A DNA stretch of 64,000 nt from Azolla caroliniana. Its lineage: Eukaryota; Plantae; Polypodiophyta. Shown here piece after piece: positions 46,914 to 60,076 of this stretch. The position numbers were made by a program, and so were the translations under genes. The notes under the pieces are model-generated. The model was given only the letters and a program-made list of their open reading frames with translations, did no database searches and was not told the origin of the DNA. Location: positions 17,918,001-17,982,000 of the forward strand of contig JBHGNT010000012.1 of assembly GCA_043228905.1 (NCBI GenBank). The letters are read 5' to 3'. How positions within the stretch are numbered: the first letter of the stretch is position 1; the number at the start of each line of letters is the position of its first letter.

Positions 46914-49020
46914 TCGTATTTTGCAAGAGATCCAATGCCATGATCAATTGGCACAAATCCAGCGCAATATGGCATTCTCATGAAACACGTCAGGTGTGGC
47001 ACCCACATCCCACTTTCAAATGGATCAATCTAGGAGCGAGCACCAAATATTAGGGCTTCCAAATTGGTTTCAACATACCGTCGAAGACTATGATTGCACC
47101 TATTATCCATTCCATTCGACAAAAACTGATACATTAGAGTTCGAAAAAACTGTCGCTAGCGGGTCGTATCATAGTGGCAAACCAGGTACTACTCGCAACA
47201 GCATGGTACAAGCTATCTTGTTGGACAATCTCCAAGGAAAGTATACATCAGATTCAACGACTAGTCTGCAACTACATTTGGTCTGGTATGGAAGACCATG
47301 TAACTCACGTCAAGGTGGCGTGGTCTATACTCACAGCACCTAAGTCAAGAGGGGGATTGGGTCTTATTGATCCCCTTTCACAATCAAAAGCCTTACTTGC
47401 CAAATTTGTGGTGTGAGGACTCCAACCTGGAAATGACTGTTGGAAAATGCTACTGCGGTTACGTTTCGCTTACTTTAGGCCAAGAAAAGGGGTCAATTGG
47501 GCCCCCCAAACGGGATGGATTCTAAACATGGATCTCAAACCTAGGTTCTCCCGCCAATTGGAGGATAGATACAGTGCATCCATGTGGAAGGCATGGTGTG
47601 ACATTAGACGAGGGCTCAAGTGCGATCAACCGAGTTCCGAACCTGCCTGGCTCAGTCAACGTATCCTATGGAACCCATGTATCAAGGATGAATCTAATCA
47701 ACTATTGGGATCACGTAAGGAGTTGTCATGGGGATACATTGTAGAAGGTCCAAGAAAAAGTATAGAATGTTGGCGACGGTTTATGTCACTGTCACTACAA
47801 GATCAAGCCAACATACTCCATGGAATTAGGGGCGGATGGACTATGAGATCAGAAATCATTAACGCTCTACTGATTAGGGAAACTACTACTCAAAGGACGA
47901 CAATGGAGAAAGGGATAGGCCACGAGGAGGGATCTCTGATCCCAAGAGGTAGGGGAACACCAGACAAGATCAAAGGCTTTGAATTGCGAGACACTGAGAC
48001 ACCAACACAGAATAAGGCAATTCGAGTACTCACATATACTGGTCATAAATGGATTGTAGATCCTGATCCGCTCAAAGTACAACCCGATTGGCACATATGT
48101 ACTCATGAAAACACATGGCTATGTAAGGTAAGTTGGGACCCTTTGCAATGGACAGGGCGGGATCCTTACGCGGGGCAAGGAAGCAAACCCATCTCTTTCT
48201 TCCAATTCACAACGAGATTGGGTCGCCATATTCTAGCTGCTCAAACCGCCCGAGAGCCGATTGTTGTGGAGATTTGGCACACATTTCAAGTTCCTCCCAC
48301 AATTATCACCAAGTTTTTACCACGTTCCAATGGCTATTAATACATAAGTCCCTACCGGTGGGAGCATGGCTTTGTGGGAACCTTAGCTCTCCTAATTGTG
48401 TAGAGTGCCCACATGTAGTAGAAACAATACAACACACTTTGTGGGACAGCCCAACGTCCCATCGAATATGGCGGGGGGGTGGCCACTTGTTGCAATTATG
48501 CCAGGTGCAAGGCTCCATCAAGTGGGGAATATATATGTTGGCTATCATGGCAGACCCCAGTTGACATATACGAGCATCAGGAGGAGGGGATGAATTTGGT
48601 GATAAAAGCACAAGAGGTTTCTTTCTCCACCAGCGACAATGTCCACTCAACTCCTCTTAATGACAAAGCTCAAGCTGTGTTAGAATTGATTAGCCCAATA
48701 ACTCTTTGGATTCTATGAAAACAACGGTGTAGACGAGTCTTCTCCAACCAAACCGCGCATCCAACAAGGCTACTGCAAGAGATATGGAGTGAAATTGTAG
48801 CCACTCTAAAGAGCCAATATGATGGCCTCAAGGGCGGCTCCGATGGAGTTGAAAGACAACGAATAGCCTTCATCCAACAATGGTTGTCCTCTCCCTTCTT
48901 GAGTTAGCGGGCATCCACATAAGATGGAACTATCGCGTCCCTACAGGGATTTATACATAATCGTCTCATTTGTAAAACTTTATAACTAATGGAAGGAGTG
49001 TTTTTTTTTGGAAAAAATAA
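46914..49020 (+). mobile_element. 5'-truncated LINE related to 28001-45807
   Basis: ANQVLLATAW and GGLGLIDPLSQSKALLAK homology, A-rich tail. TSD AATTACCTGCATTAG (46899-46913) / AATTACTTGCATTAG (49021-49035). Confidence 0.9.
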
Positions 49021-49837
49021 AATTACTTGCATTAGAATGTTGTTGATTCTTTTCATGAATTTGAATTTTAAAGAGCACTACATCAATGATAGAGGAAGCA
49101 AAATATAGCCATCATTTTAAATATATCAAATGTGGTGAATTTGGGTCATTGGCTTTGCATTACATTAATGAAATGAAAGTTCGACAACAGAGAGTAAGTT
49201 ACACTTGCTTATGAGATTATTGAGAAAATACATTACAATGATAATGATGAAGAATAAACTTTTACCACACCAATGTTACAAATCTACTACATTTTCCATC
49301 TTCATAATGTTTTAAAATTGCATAAACTAATGAGACCTCCTCTTCTCACCCATGCCATTATGTCATTTGCCAATATATATTTGTGAAACTCTTGTTGATT
49401 GTGGTTATATATGAACTTATGAATCTAATCTTTTTACATTATGTTGTTGATTAGTTTTAAGAGCAACAACACGAAATATTAGTTTTGATCTATTTTGCGA
49501 TACATATACTAATCATTATTATTTTCGGACATGTTTTTGAGCCAACATTAAAGACTCTAAGGTACGCTATAATTATCTATATATATTAAAATATTCAATA
49601 TCTTAGTTAGTGGCCATGGTTTTGAAGGTGAACTAGTAAAAGGGATGTGCTATATATCATTCTAGAAAAAGGGATTGCATTTATTTGTCCATAAGGAACT
49701 TTTGTAATTGTACACAATTTAATTTAATGCAATAATGGACTTAACGTGAAATTGTGGGTGTTCTCCTGTTTTTGTGACTTGTTGCTAGGAAGCAACTTGA
49801 TCAAACTGGATTTGTTTCTAATTTATAAGTAGCTTCT

Positions 49838-50089
49838 TTATTTTTATTTTTTCCAAAATAAAACTCCTTCCGTTAGTTATAAAATTTTACAGACAAGATG
49901 ATTATGTACAAATCCCTGTAGGGACGCGATAGTTCCATCTTATGTGGATGCCCGCTGACTCAAGAAAGGGAGAGGATGACCATTGTTGGATGAAGGCTAT
50001 TCGTTGTCTTTCAACTCCATCGGAGTTGTCCTTGAGGCCATCATATTGGCGCTTTAGAGTGGCTACAATTTCACTCCATATCTCTTGCA
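49838..50089 (-). mobile_element. Short 3'-end copy of the same LINE subfamily
   Basis: Reverse complement of ~48775-49020, including the tail. Confidence 0.88.
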
Positions 50090-53000
50090 TTTATTATATC
50101 ACAAAGCAAATTAATATCATCATTTTCAAACTTTAAACCAACATGTATTTTGTATGACAATTTCAATTGAACTTCTATCTGATTGTAATTTATAATGTCT
50201 TATAATTATTCATGCATAAGAGGAAGAGTCAACATATCTTAAGCATGTGCCTCACAAGCCTCTCCATTCCTCCCAAGTCCATGTACACGATCTCAGTGGG
50301 AAGTGTGTCAATGTCACAGTTCACTGGTATTGGGAGTGTGTCGGTCTCAAGAAGTACAAGCACGACGAGGTTTGTATCTTGATTTCAAAGAAAGTTTAAC
50401 AATAAAAAAACATTAGAAATTTGGACATGTTCACTTTTGGAATTATGCGAAGAGATATTAAGAGTTTGATATTCAACGCTATAGAGAAGTGGTGGTGTAA
50501 GTCATCCATTATTGTACAAAATGTATTATTTCTTGTTGTTAGCACTTGGTTTGGTGCTATTGACAATTTTGTCTTGTTATATTACACATTGAAAAAGTTT
50601 CCAAGACCATATCGATAAGAAGTTGCACGTCTTTGAAATTATGCGAGTCAAAACAACACTATATTGTTTTTATATACCAAAAGCATGATCATGACATTCC
50701 CAATGGTTACCTCTTCCATGCCTTTAGTTATATGAACTTGTGAACCATTGTGTATGTGACATACACATAATCCAAAGAGAGTTGGTGAGATTTGCTTGAC
50801 ATGACTCATGCCTGTGAAAATTCTTCATGATCTCACTATCGAAAACTAGTATCTATGGAGAAGAATTCATGAATAAATAGTTTCTTTGTCTAGTCAAACT
50901 TTAAATGTCCTAGTGTATGTAGACTTGTAACATTCCTCCTATTCACTTGATGTGTTATACTTCAAAGATTTATTTGTCGAGTCAACCAACTAAAAACTTC
51001 TAAAGACATCTCTCCCATAGTAATACATACACGAGAGTCGATAAATCAATTTCTCATCAATATGAGACATTGGAGCCCTTGCATACCTTTCCAAAACCAC
51101 TCACAATGAGCCACATCAAAATCTCCCTTAATTTCAAAAGTCAAAAGAGTGAGATGTGATGGGAAATGGCGACTTGATGTTTGCACAATCTTGCCAAACA
51201 ATTCAATTTACTTTCTAGTGTGTTACAAATCCACAAACATTTTCAATATAAGACCAAATATAGTTACTAGAGTAAGTAATTAATTGCTTCTTTACAAGTT
51301 ACACTATTCACGTCTCACCCTCGAAACCATGAGGCATGAGATGTAGAAGGGCACTAGTTAAACAAATAAGAGTCCATGTAATCCATTATAGCTTTCTTAG
51401 TATTCTCCCTATATATTTCTTCAAGTTCTATTATAGGATAAATTTGTGTATCCCGTGAAACTCTTGGCCATCATAATGCAATTATCGTTCTCTATTTGTT
51501 TCCCTCGTATAAGGATCAAACCACTATTTGAATGAGCATGATAAAGGTCATTTCTCATGAAGGGAGTTCATGTGTCAAAAAAAACATCGATGATCATCCT
51601 AAAGTTCATTGTATGTTTGGTTGAGGCTCCATTCAAAGAATAAAATGCGAGGTCATAAAGATTTTCATCCTTGTCGTTCCAACACTAAGATGGTACCAAC
51701 GTTTCTCAACTATGACTTCAAACATCCAACACATTATACTACAACTCCTTCACATCAATCAAATAAGTACGAATATAAGTTCTTAGGAGTTTTGCAACTC
51801 CTAGAATTTATAGGCCTTTCAACTACAATGTAGAAACAAATCCCGAATGTCATTTAGGTAGAAGCAAAGGGCAATGTTACAATGGGCAAGGAACCAGTAT
51901 GAACCTCTTTTGAGGATAGGGTTAAACCCCTAGTAATTTCTCAAATGTTTTTGCTACACTGCCTTTTGCGTGATTAATTTTTCATGGAGGTTGAAAATAA
52001 ATCATTGCAAGAACAACATTTATGAGCAAAATTCTATATTAATACGCCTTGAAATAGATAATATTGTTTTTCTAATAGTCTATTAAGATATGTTTTTTCA
52101 AATATTTGAGCACTTAATCTTTTACTGTACAAATTATTTTTTGAACACATATATCTACGAATATCTTGCTAATTGAATGGTCCTCTAAGAAAGTGGACAC
52201 CGGAAGAATTTCACAAACAAGTAGTATTCTTAGATCACCGTATTCAAAGAGGGTGGGGTTGGGTGGCAGTTGAGTAAGACTACATAGTCGATACTTCAAG
52301 GATGTCTTCACACTAGGGTATCTTTTCTATGAGACGATATACACTTTGACTTCTTTGTTGATTTTGACTTATGTCTCAAGGGAACATCTTCACCTACTTA
52401 ATAACACACATTGTTGGCGGTCTAGCATGATATGAAGTTGCAAAAACTATAATGAAGCAACCACATTGTTTTAATTTTTAAGGGCGACTAACCATAAAGC
52501 CAAGCAACTATATGACTAATACATTCAACATATTTTTTGCACCAATCTTGTGTAATTGCCATTATTCTAATCTCATATAGATAATTGGGTTTGAAAATAA
52601 AATATACTCTATATATAGTAAGCCATTGGTTGGGAAACCAATCAAGAGAATTATCTCCATCTCCAAAAAGAAGGAATCACACATTCCTTCACTATTATCT
52701 TTCTTAATACAGTCACTTGGATTGCCTTGGCACCCAATGGTACAATGATTCATTGTAATCAAGCAAGCTTAATATGTTGAACATCAAGCTTAAAATTAGG
52801 GAGGAAAATAATATGCTGAATATAAATAGATATGTATGAACCTAGCCCAAATCAGCAGGGTGAAGAAAATGGCAAAACCCCCATTATTAGAATGGGACCT
52901 TTTTCAGGATGGCAAAACATAGTCCCTCTTACAAGGTATTGGAATGCCCCATGTGGGGTGCTAAAAATAGTCACAGTGACATAATATAGTGAGACGTGGA

Positions 53001-54600
53001 GCCTTCAAGGAATAAGTATTTATAGTTACTTTATTAATTTGGAATGAACATTGTTACAAATTAAAATAGCATTGGAATTCATTATAGAGGACACAATTAT
53101 CCTTGATTGTAACATATTAGATTGGATCATGTGGAAAGGATGACCTCAATACAAACAACATAATTAACTTATAGACACAACTTACGACAGTTTTAGTAAT
53201 TAAGTCTACCCACAATACTTAGAGAGTGAAGAATAGAAGAGCAAACAAAGACAATGAAATGTCAAATCAAATATTGGGCTCAACACAAATGGTAACACAA
53301 ACGAGGATCTCACTAACCAATTATTATATTAGAGTCTTTATATCACATAGTCCAATAACACAAAAGCATGTGAGGTGACTAAAATACACATACATTTTTG
53401 TCGAAGGATTAAAATAGAGGGGCGTTTCTTGGTTTGCAAATGAGATTGGTTTAGGGTTCGATTGCAAGGCTCAAGGATGGATACAAGGGAGTGATGATGT
53501 GAAAGCGGGGATGATCGAAATATGGGTTGTACGAATCGACATTGAAGTTTGACTAGTGGAGTATATTCTAGTTATCCATCTTGTTGATACCAATAGTTGT
53601 GTTGCAAAAGGTAAAAGCTATGCATTTTGGCCAACAACAAATGTAGGGAGAACCAATCACAATAGTCGTTGCCATGCTCAAGGCATATTATTGTTTCTCT
53701 CAATGTGTGCTTTCCGTAGAAGCAACTTTTAATTCATCTCCTCACAACCATCGATATTATTCAACTCATAATACCTAGCCCAAACAACCCAAGGCCATGG
53801 TATCCTAAACCCAAAGGGCTTGTGTCATAAAACTTTGTAAAACATATAAATAGTCCAATAAGGTTGCGTCAGGTTGCATGATTGTTGAGGTGTGATTATT
53901 CGTGATCTGACAGATTTCACGAGATACAAGTAATTTAAAACACTCGCTCCTCTAGATCAATAGTTTGTAAGTGGGGAAACATTCACAATGAGGACAAAAA
54001 GTGAGGCAAATCCATGATATCAGGGCAAAGTGCCGGTCGGTCGGGTCAAGTGTGTTACAATATAGTGAGGAGTTATCATAAGAGTGAGTGATGATCATAA
54101 CTCATAAGAGGACTTCAGATATAATAAAACCCATCTCAATGTTATGCACTAAACAAAGAACTTGTTATGTGATCATGTGATACATGATGAAGATGCTTTG
54201 TGGGTCATATTGTGGTTTGACTTAAAATTAGTGTTGTGAAGCTTTTGGCTTTGAGTGTGAGATGCTGCTCTGTGTCTTTCTTTGTTAAATTACAAAAGTG
54301 TCCTCTCTCCTTTCAAAGTTTAGAAATTTTAATTCTAATTTAATGCTTAAACTTCTTGATAAAAAAATTTGGATTTTTATCTTGCAAGTTTATTTATTTA
54401 TTTTCAGATTTTTTTACCATTCAATTTTCATTGCAGTCAATTAATTAAAATTTCTATTTTCTATTCTTTTGTTTTATGTTTTCAATTTTTTGCAGTTTTT
54501 TCTTTTTTATTACACACACACAACATATGTATATATATCTTTTTTATATCTAATGTTCATTTGTTGTATTTATTACAAATATTTATTTATTTTTCTTCTT

Positions 54601-54825
54601 TATTATTATTATTATTATTATTTAAAAATGGTATTATTATTTAGATTTTATTTATTTATTTATTTTTTTATTATTTAAAAATGGTATTATTATTTAGATT
54701 TTTTTTATTTTTTTATTTTTTTATTATTTAAAAATGGTATTATTATTTAGATTTTATTTATTTATTTATTTATTTATTATTTAAAAATGGTATTATTATT
54801 TAGATTTTATTTATTTATTTATTAT
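54601..54825. repeat. AT-rich ~50-bp tandem repeat, 4 copies
   Basis: Unit TTATTATTTAAAAATGGTATTATTATTTAGATTTT(ATTT)n. Confidence 0.85.
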
Positions 54826-54912
54826 ATAGCCCAAGGAATTTTAAGTCAACTAGACTTGTGCCCTCTCTTCACTTCTCAGATTTTATTCCATTCTCCAACC
54901 AACTAATTCTTT

Positions 54913-55195
54913 CTTAATCACTTTCCTTAATCACTCTGCTAAACATCATTTTTCTAACTGACTCTCCTTCCTCAATTTTCCTAATCACTTTCCTTAATCA
55001 CTTGCCTCCATCATTTGCCTTAATCACTTCCATTTGATCACTTTCCTTTTATCACTTTCCTTTGATCATTTTCCTTCATCCCCTTCCTTAATCACTATCC
55101 TTAATCACTATCCTTAATCACTTCCCTTAATAACTTCCCTTTGATCATTTTCCTTCATCGCCTTGCTTAATCACTTTCTTTAATCACTGTCCTTC
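54913..55195. repeat. ~13-bp minisatellite (CCTTAATCACTTT) upstream of the DUF688-motif ORF
   Basis: Many degenerate copies of TTAATCACTTTCC / TTGATCATTTTCC. Confidence 0.8.
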
Positions 55196-55518
55196 ATCAT
55201 CATCATCATCATCATTTTCCCTCTTGTCTTCACTTCACCTCCTCTTAATAAATCTTATTTTCATGACTCATCAATCGCCATCACCACCATTTGATTGATC
55301 TAAATGAGCCCCTAGTAATAAAAACTCTGTGTTTTAATCCATCACAGGTTTCTCCAATTACTTATGCAAAACCTATGCTATTTTATTGCGTTGCTAATCA
55401 GTTACAAATTACTTCTTCTACTTAATTATGGTTGTGCTAATTTCGCTAATCGAATAAATTATTTATTTACTTAGTTATCGGATTGATTTATTTTGGATTC
55501 AATTCAAATCACTAAGCC

Positions 55519-57639
55519 ATGGAATTGGAGTCTGCTCATTACAACTACATTTCTGACGAACCTAGCTGCGATTTAAGAAGAAACAGAGGAAGAAGAAGAA
55601 GGAGCGGATTGAATATTCCTGCACCAGCAGCCGCTTGTGAATATTCTGGTGTGCCTTTCCGATGGGAGGAATCTCCAGGGAGGCCCATCATCATGGATAA
55701 AAAGAATATTCTTCAATCGGATGAGGAAGCGTATGAATCTAATCCGAAAATTAATCATGTGAAACTCTGGAGTAGCTGCCCTAATGCATCTAATTCTGCT
55801 GCCCTAAATTTGCCGCCTAAGCTTCAATATCAATATAATTGCTACCACAATAATAGCCAATCATTATATCATTCTAATTTAAACCCAAAACATTTGGATA
55901 CTAAACTCTTTGCCCCACAAATTTCGGATGAATCTAAACTAAATCGCTCACAACTGGATCATACACTCATAATGAGCCCAAGATCAAATATGCTTGACAG
56001 GAGTGTGAAGAATCATTCTTCCAAGATTTCAGACCTATGCCAATCACAGATTAAATGTTCAGGATACAAATATCATCATCATCAGAATATACTTCAGATT
56101 CCTCTGAATCCATCCCACGACAGAATCAATGGAATTGATGATGACAAGGGGCATGGTGTTTATCATGATAGATTCTTCTTCAATGGCAAATTGAGCACTA
56201 GCCTTGACATGAAGCTTATGAGGTGCTTTCATGCTAGTTCAATACTAGATTCATGGAATCTGATTAATGGCACCCATAATAATCATGATGTTAGTACTAA
56301 TGATGGTGGAGAATCTAATTTGCAATATAATCATCATGAGCAATTGGAATCTAGTCTATTAATGATGGATCGTGACGACGATGATGACGATCAATACGCG
56401 CCACCATCTCCATGGATTTTAGGGTTTAGTCCCAACATAACTAGCAATACTAATCATGATAATGCCGGTTGTATTAACCTAATGGGCATGATTAAGAAGA
56501 ACAAGAACAAGATCAAGATCAAGGAGAAGAAGAACCAAATGCTAACCAATCATCACTCATATGTGAAGATCACTAATAAAGTCTTGAGGTTGGCCACATT
56601 GGTGAAGATGAAGTCTATGTTGGGCAAGCTCATTGATACTAAAGGGAGAATGAAGAGTAGTAGTTCATGGTATGGCCAAGGTCATGACCATAACAACATT
56701 TGGTCACCCACCTTGGCCACTTACCTATACAACCAACAGAAGGAATTACTTACAACATTTAAAGCCCGTGGACCCGAAGAATTGAAAGTGTCCAAATCTA
56801 ATGGTGAACCGTACACAAGGTGTGGAACGAACTTAGGGTACGTCAAATCAAGCCCCGACACGAATGGATGTCACAACTTAGGTCCATCGGGCCAACATCA
56901 GCTCCTCAAGTCTCCTTCTAGAGATATTGAGGTTGCTAGATCAAAGAGTCGCGTCGAAACCAAGCCTACCAATGGTGACCCCACCCATGGAAAGCCTTTA
57001 CATCAATCACGCGAGACCATAGTAACCAAGTCGAAGATTAATGGTGAGTGTGATTATAATGCTCCTTTAAATGATTTATTGACCGATGAGAATGTGGAAA
57101 CCAAATCCAATGATGTTGCTTTCAACAAATTGCTTGAGAATGTGGAAACCAAGTCCAATGATGTTGAATATGGTTACAAGATTTCTTCAAATATTGGAAA
57201 TGAGACCAAACCGCTGAAGAAATTTGAAACCCCTCAGAGGACGATGGATATCATTGATGATATTGAAACTCATGTAAATGTATCTAAAGGTGAACATAGT
57301 ACACATGGGTGGAAATCAAACATGAGTCAAGCTAGAGCTCAATATTCAAGCCTAGCCAACAACCCTAACTATAACTTCTCATTGGGAGCCGGAGATAGCC
57401 ATGGATTGGAGAATGCTGCAAACGAATCAAAGAGTGGGATACAAACCTTGGTCAATAACAACAATACCAATGAGCATCAATATTGTTTACCTCTTAATCT
57501 AAGGCATGGTGAGCGCTTGATACCAAAGGACAATTCGGAGAGTGATGGGCCAAGTGACAATATTATGGCTACAAGAGGTGACCTCAAGAACGTAACAAGT
57601 TCTCAAAAAGAAACACGTGACATGGTCAAGGAATACTAG
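55519..57639 (+). CDS. Single-exon 706-aa protein with N-terminal DUF688-like motif
   Basis: 2.1-kb open frame in AT-rich DNA with good ATG context (AAGCCATGG). SGVPFRWEESPGRP and LNLPPKL motifs; the rest is N/H/S-rich. Confidence 0.7.
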   Translation: MELESAHYNYISDEPSCDLRRNRGRRRRSGLNIPAPAAACEYSGVPFRWEESPGRPIIMDKKNILQSDEEAYESNPKINHVKLWSSCPNASNSAALNLPPKLQYQYNCYHNNSQSLYHSNLNPKHLDTKLFAPQISDESKLNRSQLDHTLIMSPRSNMLDRSVKNHSSKISDLCQSQIKCSGYKYHHHQNILQIPLNPSHDRINGIDDDKGHGVYHDRFFFNGKLSTSLDMKLMRCFHASSILDSWNLINGTHNNHDVSTNDGGESNLQYNHHEQLESSLLMMDRDDDDDDQYAPPSPWILGFSPNITSNTNHDNAGCINLMGMIKKNKNKIKIKEKKNQMLTNHHSYVKITNKVLRLATLVKMKSMLGKLIDTKGRMKSSSSWYGQGHDHNNIWSPTLATYLYNQQKELLTTFKARGPEELKVSKSNGEPYTRCGTNLGYVKSSPDTNGCHNLGPSGQHQLLKSPSRDIEVARSKSRVETKPTNGDPTHGKPLHQSRETIVTKSKINGECDYNAPLNDLLTDENVETKSNDVAFNKLLENVETKSNDVEYGYKISSNIGNETKPLKKFETPQRTMDIIDDIETHVNVSKGEHSTHGWKSNMSQARAQYSSLANNPNYNFSLGAGDSHGLENAANESKSGIQTLVNNNNTNEHQYCLPLNLRHGERLIPKDNSESDGPSDNIMATRGDLKNVTSSQKETRDMVKEY

Positions 57640-58577
57640 GGATAAACATATTGGTAAGTGTTGTCTCATTCCTTTTTTATTGTCAAAACCTTGTCTTGCA
57701 TTTCATGTGGTCCATACAAAAGGACAACATATAAATAAATGAAAACTTACCCATGCATATAACACTTGATTCTTAATAGAGAAGCCATTGTTTTCATCAT
57801 AGTTGCATTTTATCAATACATGTATCCAATAAATTACCACGGACAAATATGTACTATCAATATCCATGGTTTTAATCATGTTTCCATATATGCTACTAAA
57901 GGGTATTATATATGGTAGTAACTTTTGGGGTATCTATGAAACTTTGGTCAATTCGTGCCATTGGAGTTTCAAAGTTTGTTGGGTGTTGTATACCGAGACC
58001 TCTTGACCATGGTGAGATGAGAAGAAATTGACTTGGCCAATATGTAAAGGATTTCAAAAAGAGAATTTAAAGTGTTGGGTCAAAAGAGCATATACATACA
58101 TACATAAAATGGACCATTAACATGTAACTATGAAATGTCTCATTAGAAAACCATGTTAAAAAGAGAGGCTTCAGTAAAACATTTCATGTATTGATGTTAA
58201 ATATGTGTCTTATATTGTAAATAAATTGTTTCATTAATTCTTTTGCCCTATTGGGAAGCCATTGTAATATCTGTTGACATCTAAGTGATAGATCATATAC
58301 ATATGCATACACTAACACTTTGAGATGTTGTGAATGTAGGTAGCAACAAACAAGCTTGCATATTGTTGTTTCTTCATCATAAGTCAACAAGTTCAAATAT
58401 GTATATGTATGTATAAGCATTGTATTCAAAAGATTTAGCTTTTCCACATTAGCTTGTGCCATAAACCTAGTCAAGTTACGAGATCAAGTACTTGGTGTGA
58501 ACCTATATGCAAGTACACTAGACAAGCATTCATTCCTATCTCATTAGCTTGTTTAGTCACTCAATGTATGTATTGGG

Positions 58578-58625
<48 letters not shown>

Positions 58626-60076
58626 TCTTGTAATATTTGTTATTTTTACTTTCATATTGTATATAGCTTTTCCAAATGCACCCGTGACCTCACCATTTCG
58701 ATGAAGAATATGAGTGAGAGTACAATGCCTTTTATTGCTGTGGCTAAACATACACAAACTAGGAGGCAATTGAGAATGTGTATTGGAATTTCAAAAAGTA
58801 TGCTTGGTCATAATTTTCAATGAGTTTTCCTAATAATAACACTTCTGTATTAAATCCTTTGCAATTTGAAAATAAGCATTTTCAATTGAAATAATGAAAT
58901 CCTTGATTTCGTAATTATGCTTCTGAGCCATTCATTTTGCTCTTGATTCAAAGCTTAATTTGCTAATTAACATGCAAATCAATATAATTACAGAGCTTCT
59001 GATTCATGTAAAGCAACCATAGTTTTGGTGCGATTACTGAAGCCAATAACACTGGTTCAATACACTGATTCAGCAATGCGGCATTAATTTAGGAGACGTG
59101 TAGAATTGAACCCATCACGTTGTGTTGATAATCCACGACCTTGTTGTCATTATCATCAGTTCCCATTTTGTCTTGGCTGAAACATTGATTACCATGCTAC
59201 ACAACAGAATTATGTGGACAGCTCAGTTATATCCAGTCTTTCAGCAATCATACGATCAATCCATGTTCTTTTCCACTACTTATGGGTGTTGATGAGGGAA
59301 ATTCCGGAAATATTTGAGAATTCTTCCCTAGAACTGACGAAGCGCACAAAACATTCTGTGGCAGATTGAGTTGCAACTTTCTTTGCTTGGTGTTGACTCT
59401 CATACCTGTATCACTAAGTCTCTTCAAGCCAAATCTTGTCCATTCTTCTAATTTAGTGTGTCAACTGCAATTATTATAACATCTCTGAACACTCTCATCA
59501 CTTGCATATGAGCGTGTACCCTTCATATGTCTCTGACATGCATATGAAATAGTTAGTCAAGCATGGTTCATGCAATAATAGACCTTGGGTCTGCATGCGC
59601 TGACTTTGGTTTAGGATCGTGGTAATTGGCACAGAATTGATATAAGGTAGTATGCTAACTCCAATAAATACATATACACCATATGATCTTGCACAGATTT
59701 TATTTTATTTTATTCTTCCAAAAAGATCTTGCACAGATTTAATCCACTTACATTGTTTATAGAAGTGGTTAATTGTCTTCAATGAAAACAGATTATGATA
59801 TTGACAAAAAAAGTTGGTGCGTTCGCAGTTAGGGAAGTACAGTACAAATTACAAACACTACTGATTCTCGGCTTCAAATTTGGGCACAAGTGTCCATTTA
59901 AATTTAAGAAAGAGTAATTACAGAGGTCATATGTTATGACCAATAATGCTGGTTTTCTTTTTCTCTTATTTTTGGGGCCAGGGAAGGGGGGGGGGGAAGA
60001 TATTCATGGTGTGATAGATACATGGTAGAGTGAAATCCTCACATGAAATCAAGATACCACTAGTTTAACATATGCT

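Noticed and set aside
50200-52500. Possible decayed exon or transposon coding remnants
   Set aside because: No motif could be assigned with confidence by eye.
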